Source: Terriglobia bacterium (GTDB taxonomy: Bacteria > Acidobacteriota > Terriglobia > Terriglobales > Acidobacteriaceae). From it: 64,000 bases of DNA. The DNA is taken from the NCBI GenBank assembly GCA_963786325.1, contig CAWAYW010000019.1:1027-65026 (forward strand), read 5' to 3'. A model generated the notes under the pieces. The model made no database searches. It saw only the letters and a list, made by a program, of their open reading frames with translations, and was not told the origin of the DNA. Positions within the stretch are counted from its first letter, which is position 1. Each line of letters begins with the position of its first letter. Shown one piece after another: positions 57,239 through 64,000 of this stretch. A program made the translations under genes and the position numbers.

Positions 57239-58522
57239 CTAGGGCTTCTCATTGCGTATCGCAACGATGTCCGATTCCACCGGAACTCCGCGCGTAACTT
57301 TGACTCGTATCACCGCTTCGAATGGCTCCAATTCACCATTACCTGAAACCGACAACCGAGACAACAATAGTTCGAGTGAGTTCTGCTGACAAACAAACTC
57401 AACCGCAGCCTGCGTACCAATAGTAGTCGTTCCAGCAAGAATCAGTACTGACTTGGCGGGGTTCAGTCCACGCACCAAAGCGACCACCGAATAATCTTCG
57501 ACGAGGTCGGCCTGGAAAGGACTGCCGACCCAGAATGCAGCCTCGTCCGACTGGGGATGAACATTGACGATCGCCAGATCGCCCTTGCGTGGGCCCGAGT
57601 CCAATCGGCGAAAGACGAAATTCTGAGTGTTGGGAATCTCCCGGAGCGTCAGGTTCTCGGCCGGGGAGCCCACGAAGATCATATCGTTGTTTTTTACGTC
57701 ATCAAGCGAAAGCAAGCTTCCTCGCTTGACCCGAATTTGCCGTCCGAGGGTGCCGAAAGTGTGATCCAGTGCGTGGATGGCTAGAACCTCGCCAACGCCG
57801 GTGTAATGTTCGAGGATGTGGTCGCGTGAATCGCGCGCAGAGTCGAAATATCGCATTCCGGTTTCCGGCCGGCCCACAAATGCCCCATTACTGAAAATCA
57901 CCCAGGGCTCTTCGGGGCCGATGACAAAACCTTTCCAAAAAGTACTAAACGCTGCCGGAATGGGGTCGGAGGTTCGCTCCGCCGCTCGCGGGCTGCGAAG
58001 AAGAAGAAAGGCAACCATGGCGCTTCCGGCGATCAGGCCAACTAGAAGGAAAAGAAAAGCAGCCTTCCAGTTCTTCTGAGAGTTCGCTCCGACGGAAATC
58101 GCTTCGGCGGGCCGAACTGTAGGAGACGCGCTCTGGACTTTCGCCGCGGACGGTTCACGGCGGTGAAATGAGATTACGTACGTGCCTTTCGGCATCTCCA
58201 CCTGAATCGGATCATCAACTCCCTCCGAACCGTAGTACTCCGCTAACTTCAGCCGCAAACGTCCGGCTTGAACCCGAATGGTGGAATCCGACTGAGGATC
58301 AAAATTTGCTGGACGGCCGAAAACCTCAGTCGCGATTTGGTATTCCTTCAGCGACGAGCCGGGATGATCGAGGGCATGTTCTGCCAGATAGCGTAGCAAT
58401 TTGCACAATGATTCCGAGCCGTGTAAGACGTGACTGTTCACTAGCCGGTCGATCTCGGCGACATATTGCTCCCGTTCAGGCACTTGGGTTCGTGTAACAG
58501 TCATTGTCACGTAGGGTAACAA
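57239..58522 (-). CDS. Hypothetical membrane-anchored protein with N-terminal winged-helix-like domain (putative regulator)
   Basis: 427 aa. SLCKLLRYLAEHAL...LKEYQIATEVFGRPANFDPQSDSTIRVQAGRLRLKLAEYY...MPKGTYVISF is a pattern I have seen at the N-terminus of uncharacterised regulators. One TM segment follows. It is divergent from the TonB-dependent receptor gene. Confidence 0.45.
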   Translation of the reverse strand: MLPYVTMTVTRTQVPEREQYVAEIDRLVNSHVLHGSESLCKLLRYLAEHALDHPGSSLKEYQIATEVFGRPANFDPQSDSTIRVQAGRLRLKLAEYYGSEGVDDPIQVEMPKGTYVISFHRREPSAAKVQSASPTVRPAEAISVGANSQKNWKAAFLFLLVGLIAGSAMVAFLLLRSPRAAERTSDPIPAAFSTFWKGFVIGPEEPWVIFSNGAFVGRPETGMRYFDSARDSRDHILEHYTGVGEVLAIHALDHTFGTLGRQIRVKRGSLLSLDDVKNNDMIFVGSPAENLTLREIPNTQNFVFRRLDSGPRKGDLAIVNVHPQSDEAAFWVGSPFQADLVEDYSVVALVRGLNPAKSVLILAGTTTIGTQAAVEFVCQQNSLELLLSRLSVSGNGELEPFEAVIRVKVTRGVPVESDIVAIRNEKP

Positions 58523-59060
58523 GATCGGCTATCAAGCTGCAATCCAGCAACTTAGATGTTGTAACGGTATCAAACGTCATGAAACCTGCCACAAACGCCT
58601 TTGGAGCGGCAGGTTTTGGTCCGTAAAATCGTTGTGGATTTCCTGGACCGATGGCTTGCAAAATCAGTAAATGGCTTGACACGATATTTGTAACTAATTG
58701 TAAATCAGTAGCTTAGAAAGATTTCGATTGGTTATCACCCACAAAAAAGCGATTTGGGAAATTCTAATTTTTCATATCGCCGAAACCAGGACTTCCAAAT
58801 GTCATAGTGTTTCCTGCGATAAGAATTTCTCCTTTACCAACAAACTCAATAGCCTACAGAGAATTTGAAGTTAGGTGCATTACCTGCACTTCCCCGGGCA
58901 AAGGTAGTGCTTTTGTACTAACTGATGAATTTTCTGGCGGGCGGGAGAATTCTGGTTGAGAAATTCATACGGCTTCACTTGCGAGATTGCCAACCCCACA
59001 GCGTGCGTCTCTTTTTCAAAAGCAATATCCACAAGATCTAAAGAGGGTCGGGAGGCTGTA

Positions 59061-62000
59061 ATGAAGACGAAAGTTTTCCTGTTGATGTTAACTCTGGCCG
59101 CGCTCGTAGTTCTGAGCACGATTGCGGTTCCTCATGCGTTCGCCCAGGCCGTGTACGGCAGCATTTTTGGAACTATCACTGATCCTTCGGGTGCCGCGGT
59201 TGCCGGTGCAAAGGTCATCGTCACATCGGCCACGAAGGGCACGACGTACGAAACTACGACCAACAGCGACGGCAACTACAGTGTGACCCACTTGATTCCC
59301 GATTCTTACAACATCCGGGCAGAAGGCAGCGGATTCAAAGCGTTTGAGAACAAGAATATTGTTGTCTCTGCCGACGCCGGCGCGCGCGTGGATGGACAAT
59401 TTCAGGTCGGAGGATCGACAGAGACAGTCGAAGTTACGGGTGAAGCTCCAGAGTTGAAGACTGATCGCGCGGATGTCGCGACTACGTTCAACGACAAGTA
59501 TGTGCAGGATGTTCCCATCCTTAACCGCAACTTCACGACATTACAATTGATGGCGCCTGGCTCGCAGAAAATGGTGGGATGGAGCCACGCGGCGACGGAA
59601 AATCCTCAAGGTAGCCAGCAGATCTTTACTCAAGGCCAGCACTTCAGTGGCACCGCTTTCGAGTTGGATGGAACTGATAACCAGGACCCGATCCTTGGAA
59701 TTATCGTCGTCAACCCGAACCTTGATGCTGTCACTGAAGCGAAGGTTTCGTTGCAGAATTACGACGCAGAGTTCGGCAAGGCGGTATCCAGCGTCGTGAC
59801 CGCCCAGACCAAATCCGGCTCCAATCAGTTGCATGGCAGTGGATTTCTCTTCCGGCGTTCTGACGCACAGCAAGCTCGCGATCCATTCACGCAGTTCGCT
59901 CCTAATCCCGTCAGCGGAAGGTTCATTCCTCCCTCCCGCTGGGCCCAGTTCGGCGGTACGATCGGTGGAGCCATCATCAAAGACAAGTTGTTTTTCTTTG
60001 GCGACTACCAAGGCACGCGCCAGACCAACGGCGTCAGCGGCACATTCACAGTTCCGACCAACACTGTTCTCCAGAGCTGCAATCCAGCAACCAACGCGGC
60101 GAGTTCAACTCCCGGTTTCTGCAACTTGAGCGAGTATCTTACTGCAGGAGTCGCTGGCGGCGGTCAGGTTTACGATCCAACCTCGGGCAACCTAAACACC
60201 GGCGCGGGCCGAACTCCATTTGCCGGCAATCTCATTCCGATCGCGAATATCTCTCCAGCCGCGGGTGCGATCCTCGGCGCATTCCCTGCCCCCCAGAGCG
60301 GCGCCGTTCTTAACAACTTAATTGGCTCGGGCTCAGGCCCGTTCAGCCAGAACGGCTTCGATACCCGAATCGACTATTCCGCGAGCCAAACGTTGACCAT
60401 CTTCGGCCGCTTCAGTCTCGACTACTTCAGCTTGTCTGGTAAGGGATTGCTGGGCGCCGTAGGCGGTCCTGGCAACGGCTTGCTCGGTCTAGCCGGCAGT
60501 TCAATTACTCACAACTACAGTCTTGCCAGCGGATTCACCAAGACGATCAGCACCTCGCTGCTGACTGACTTCCGCTTCGGCTACTTCAAATACAATCCGC
60601 AAACCCAGAAGCCGGACAGTGGAACTCCGATGACGGGCTTCGGAATTCCGAATGCGAACACCAGCGATCCCAAGACAGCCGGTTTGGGAGCATTCCTCCT
60701 CGGTTCTGACCCGATCAGCGGCCAGGGGTGCACCACCAACAACGGCAGCCAGGGTTGCGTCATTTCAAGCTTTGGAGATGGTCTGGGCGTGGCCCGTTGC
60801 AACTGTCCACTCACGGAAAGCGAACAACAGTTCCAGTTCGTCAACAACTGGACCAAACTCCGGGGCAACCACCAGATCAAGTTTGGTGGCGACATCCGTT
60901 ATGCCATGAATCTTCGAATTCCGAGTGACAACAATCGCACGGGAGAATACAACTTCAGCCCAGAAGCAACGTCGAATGGCGGAACGGGCGGGTTAGATTT
61001 GGGGTCATTCCTGTTGGGCCAGGTCACCTCGTTTGCGCGTTACGTAAACAACCCTGACATCGCCTCCGCGAACAGTGCAGCCGAACGACAGAAGCGGTGG
61101 TTCTTTTATGGCCAGGACACATGGCGCGCAACTTCCAAACTGACTATCAACTATGGCTTGCGCTGGGAGATTTACTTCCCCGAAACAGTTAATGCGAAAG
61201 GAAACGGCGGATTTGCCAACATCAAGGATCTTAATGGAACTGGCGCGATTCGCGTTGCTGGATTCGGCAATATCGGCCTGAACGGGAACGTCGACAATAC
61301 ATTCACTGCATTCGCTCCCCGCTTGGGAATCGCGTACCAACTAACTCCCAAGACCGTAATACGCATGGGCTACGGACGTAGCTATGACATCGGCGTCTTC
61401 GGCTCGAACTTTGGACACACTGTCACTCAGAACCTGCCAGTGTTGTTGAAACAGAACGTGGATGCCACCGCTTTCAATCCCGCGGCGTCGGGAAGCAAAG
61501 TTCCGGTATTCCTTCTGGACAGTGGACCAGTCGCAGCGGCCTTCCCAGCGGTGCCTAGCGACGGTGTGATCCCGTTTGCCAGCCTTGGTGGTCAAGTTTC
61601 CGGCGTTCACATCCGTCCCACGAAACAGGTCCTACCGTTAGTGGATTCGTGGAATGCCACTGTGCAGCACCAAGTTACCAACAGCATCACCGTAGAAGCC
61701 GCGTTCGTGGGCAGCAAAGGAACGCACGGCTTCGCAGGCGACGGGCCGAACTACAATGTGAATCCCGTTTCCATGAACCTATTCGGCGTGATCGACCCTC
61801 TCACCGGACAGAAATATGCTCAGAACTTGCGGCGTCCGCTCTGCCATCCGGTCCTGGCAACTGACACTTGCACCGGAATCCCGTTCAGCTTGGACAACTT
61901 CTACGGCAACGACGCTTCGAGTTCGTATAAGGCGTTCGAAGCGAAAGTAGAGAAGCGTTTCACCAACGGGCTGCAATTCATCACTCACTACACCTACGCT

Positions 62001-62681
62001 CACGCTGACGGCTACGACAGCAATTACTATGCGGTCAGCCATCCCATCGCCTATGGACCGGTGGATTTCAATCGCAACCACGTATTCGTGTTCAACACGG
62101 TTTATGAATTGCCATTCGGAAAAGGCAAGAAGTACATGGGCAACTCAGGCCGCGCGATGGACTACCTAGTCGGCGGATGGCAAGTGGCCAATACTACGAA
62201 TTGGAGCAGCGGCTTGCCCTGGACTCCCAGCTTTGCGGAATGCGGAACTGAGGAGGATGTCAACGTCTGCCGTCCCAACAAAGGGTCTGGCACGCTTCAT
62301 ACGGGAGCGGGTAAGCTTGACCCGATTACCCACACCATTACTTACTTCACCCCAGTTGCTAACATCGTTACGAACCCCGGAATCTTCTCCGATCCGGGCG
62401 TCGGCAACCTCGGCAATCTTGGCCGCAACACCTATCATGGCCCAGCGGGCTTCTACTCCGATCTGTCAGCGGTCAAGAAGTTCCGGGTTACGGAAAGGTT
62501 GAGCGCACAGTTCCGCGTGGATGCTTTCAACATTTTCAATCACCCGGTTTATGCCTTCAGCCAGAACAATGGGGCTAACGGCTGTATCGATTGCCAGGGC
62601 GGCAACAATGGCAAGATCACAGCTCTTGAAAACGGCACCACCATGCGGGAATTACAGTTTGCCGTCCGTTTCGACTTCTAA
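59061..62681 (+). CDS. TonB-dependent receptor with N-terminal carboxypeptidase-regulatory-like domain
   Basis: The likely start is Met36 of the tracked ORF (GGGAGG SD, MKTKVFLLMLTLAALVV signal). It has a CarboxypepD_reg domain (GAKVIVTSATKGTTYETTTNSDGNYSV), plug and barrel, and the terminal ...FAVRFDF. Confidence 0.85.
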   Translation: MKTKVFLLMLTLAALVVLSTIAVPHAFAQAVYGSIFGTITDPSGAAVAGAKVIVTSATKGTTYETTTNSDGNYSVTHLIPDSYNIRAEGSGFKAFENKNIVVSADAGARVDGQFQVGGSTETVEVTGEAPELKTDRADVATTFNDKYVQDVPILNRNFTTLQLMAPGSQKMVGWSHAATENPQGSQQIFTQGQHFSGTAFELDGTDNQDPILGIIVVNPNLDAVTEAKVSLQNYDAEFGKAVSSVVTAQTKSGSNQLHGSGFLFRRSDAQQARDPFTQFAPNPVSGRFIPPSRWAQFGGTIGGAIIKDKLFFFGDYQGTRQTNGVSGTFTVPTNTVLQSCNPATNAASSTPGFCNLSEYLTAGVAGGGQVYDPTSGNLNTGAGRTPFAGNLIPIANISPAAGAILGAFPAPQSGAVLNNLIGSGSGPFSQNGFDTRIDYSASQTLTIFGRFSLDYFSLSGKGLLGAVGGPGNGLLGLAGSSITHNYSLASGFTKTISTSLLTDFRFGYFKYNPQTQKPDSGTPMTGFGIPNANTSDPKTAGLGAFLLGSDPISGQGCTTNNGSQGCVISSFGDGLGVARCNCPLTESEQQFQFVNNWTKLRGNHQIKFGGDIRYAMNLRIPSDNNRTGEYNFSPEATSNGGTGGLDLGSFLLGQVTSFARYVNNPDIASANSAAERQKRWFFYGQDTWRATSKLTINYGLRWEIYFPETVNAKGNGGFANIKDLNGTGAIRVAGFGNIGLNGNVDNTFTAFAPRLGIAYQLTPKTVIRMGYGRSYDIGVFGSNFGHTVTQNLPVLLKQNVDATAFNPAASGSKVPVFLLDSGPVAAAFPAVPSDGVIPFASLGGQVSGVHIRPTKQVLPLVDSWNATVQHQVTNSITVEAAFVGSKGTHGFAGDGPNYNVNPVSMNLFGVIDPLTGQKYAQNLRRPLCHPVLATDTCTGIPFSLDNFYGNDASSSYKAFEAKVEKRFTNGLQFITHYTYAHADGYDSNYYAVSHPIAYGPVDFNRNHVFVFNTVYELPFGKGKKYMGNSGRAMDYLVGGWQVANTTNWSSGLPWTPSFAECGTEEDVNVCRPNKGSGTLHTGAGKLDPITHTITYFTPVANIVTNPGIFSDPGVGNLGNLGRNTYHGPAGFYSDLSAVKKFRVTERLSAQFRVDAFNIFNHPVYAFSQNNGANGCIDCQGGNNGKITALENGTTMRELQFAVRFDF

Positions 62682-62709
62682 AAACTAGGAGCCATGCGGC
62701 GTTTTTTGC

Positions 62710-62737
62710 GGAGGGAGTCTCAGACTCCCTCCTTTTT
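62710..62737 (+). terminator. Rho-independent terminator
   Basis: GGAGGGAGTC-TCA-GACTCCCTCC followed by TTTTT, 29 nt after the receptor stop codon. Confidence 0.75.
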
Positions 62738-62841
62738 ATTACTTATGCTTTGCACGATGACAGCGTGTGATCGTCAAAATGCCCCTCCGGTTTGAAATTG
62801 TGTGATCTAATTTCGGGGCAGTGTTCTTGAGGATCGCTTCA

Positions 62842-64000
62842 ATGAATTGGCTCGGCCGGGTTTTGCTTCTTGCATGGCTCGGCTGTTTGTCCGCATGGAC
62901 CCAATCCCCTCCAAGGGTCAGCCTCCAGCCTGACGGCGGTCTCGGGCAGTCGCAATCGAAACAAGCCATGCAGCCGAGGACTTTGCCGCCGGCGGCGAAC
63001 GAACGCGTTTACGTGGGCAACGAAGCTTGTGCCAAATGTCACGCGGAGATATCCCGGTCCTACGTTCTTACTCCGATGGCCCGCGCCAGTGGTCCGGCCA
63101 TTCAAAACCTGATTCCGGCAGACTTTGTCCATTCGAACTCCGGCGTCCATTATTGGATTGATTCCGACGCTGGACGCGTCTGGCTGCACTTCGAACGTCC
63201 CCGGGATCCCGCTGTTCGCGGTAAGCGCGAATTGCTCTATTACATTGGCTCTGGACGCCGCGGCTTGAGCTATCTGTTCGCAGAGGACGGCTTTCTCTTT
63301 GAATCGCCCATCAATTGGTATACACATGAGCGCCGCTGGGACATGGCGCCGGCGTATCAGGATGCGCATGAAATGCCGCTCAACCTGCCAGCGTTCACTA
63401 GTTGCTTGCGCTGCCATGTCAGCGGCATGCAGCCTCCGGTGAAAGGAACGGAAAATCGTTATCCAACCCCTCCTTTCCTTCATAACGGCGTTACCTGTGA
63501 GCGTTGCCATGGTCCAGGGCGGGCGCATGTTGATCGTCCAGCATCCGGCGCCATCGTGAATCCCGCGAAGCTCACGCCGGAGCTTCGGGACGCCGTGTGC
63601 ATGCAGTGCCATCTCGAGGGCAAAGTTGCCATCGAGCGGCCGGGACGTCATACCTACGAATTTCGGCCGGGCGAGTCTCTTACCGAATACGTACGATATT
63701 ACGTCCCGGCAGGCGACCAGGGGGCTGGCCTGGGAGGAGTAAGCCAGGTCGAAGCGATGGCGCAGAGCGTCTGTAAACAAAAATCCGGCGATCATATGTC
63801 ATGTACTAGCTGCCATGATCCGCACTATGAACCAACGTCCGAAGAGCGTGACGCTTACTTCCGTAAAAAGTGCCTCGCCTGTCATGGGGCTGACTTTGGT
63901 GCTAAGCATCATGCCGCGCAGCTCGACTGCACTTCGTGCCACATGCCAGCTGCGGCGAGCACAGATGTTGCGCATACCCAGGTGACTGATCATCGCATTC
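62842..64000 (+). CDS. Multihaem c-type cytochrome (5' part; runs off the window)
   Basis: This ORF is not in the track because no stop is reached. My translation from ATG 62842 gives a signal peptide and seven CXXCH motifs (CAKCH, CLRCH, CERCH, CMQCH, CTSCH, CLACH, CTSCH). Confidence 0.8.
   Translation, partial: MNWLGRVLLLAWLGCLSAWTQSPPRVSLQPDGGLGQSQSKQAMQPRTLPPAANERVYVGNEACAKCHAEISRSYVLTPMARASGPAIQNLIPADFVHSNSGVHYWIDSDAGRVWLHFERPRDPAVRGKRELLYYIGSGRRGLSYLFAEDGFLFESPINWYTHERRWDMAPAYQDAHEMPLNLPAFTSCLRCHVSGMQPPVKGTENRYPTPPFLHNGVTCERCHGPGRAHVDRPASGAIVNPAKLTPELRDAVCMQCHLEGKVAIERPGRHTYEFRPGESLTEYVRYYVPAGDQGAGLGGVSQVEAMAQSVCKQKSGDHMSCTSCHDPHYEPTSEERDAYFRKKCLACHGADFGAKHHAAQLDCTSCHMPAAASTDVAHTQVTDHRI

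Noticed and set aside
62839-63795. 318-aa minus-strand ORF at the window end
   Set aside because: The opposite strand encodes a signal peptide and seven CXXCH haem-binding motifs, which is a far better explanation.

Overview
This 64-kb window looks like a chromosomal segment from an Acidobacteriota (Terriglobia-like) genome. That placement is an inference from gene content: CarboxypepD_reg-type TonB-dependent receptors, Ser/Thr kinases with TPR tails, CRTAC1/ASPIC proteins, CadC-like PD40 regulators and many ECF sigma factors.

Ordinary regions:
- 0.3-7.6 kb: a minus-strand sugar-catabolic operon (GH63, glucose dehydrogenase, NDH-2, debranching enzyme).
- 7.8-12 kb: membrane protein, aquaporin, GMC oxidoreductase and VOC protein.
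- 12-17.2 kb: a redox-type ECF sigma / ZAS anti-sigma / AhpD-like cluster. It includes an unusual CMD-CMD-sigma fusion.
- 24-33.6 kb: kinase, TonB-dependent receptor and histidine kinase.
- 44-64 kb: glycosidase, CRTAC1 x2, regulators, TPR protein, a second TonB-dependent receptor and a multihaem cytochrome that runs off the window.

Accessory regions:
- 17.3-24.3 kb is a pile-up of mobile DNA: a tyrosine recombinase, a truncated integrase fused to a tRNA-like fragment, an IS5/IS1182 fragment, and an IS110 element whose 5' leader appears to be interrupted by a complete group II intron.
- 33.7-41.7 kb is the most interesting region. It holds a very divergent family-B DNA polymerase, an HTH protein, an unknown 325-aa protein, a small basic protein and an intact tyrosine integrase that abuts tRNA-Lys(UUU). 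An inverted, decayed copy of the same integrase-tRNA-Lys junction lies 2 kb away. I read this as a candidate pipolin-like self-synthesising element.

No rRNA genes and no CRISPR arrays were seen. Coordinates of features not taken from the ORF track may be off by 1-2 nt, because they were read by eye.
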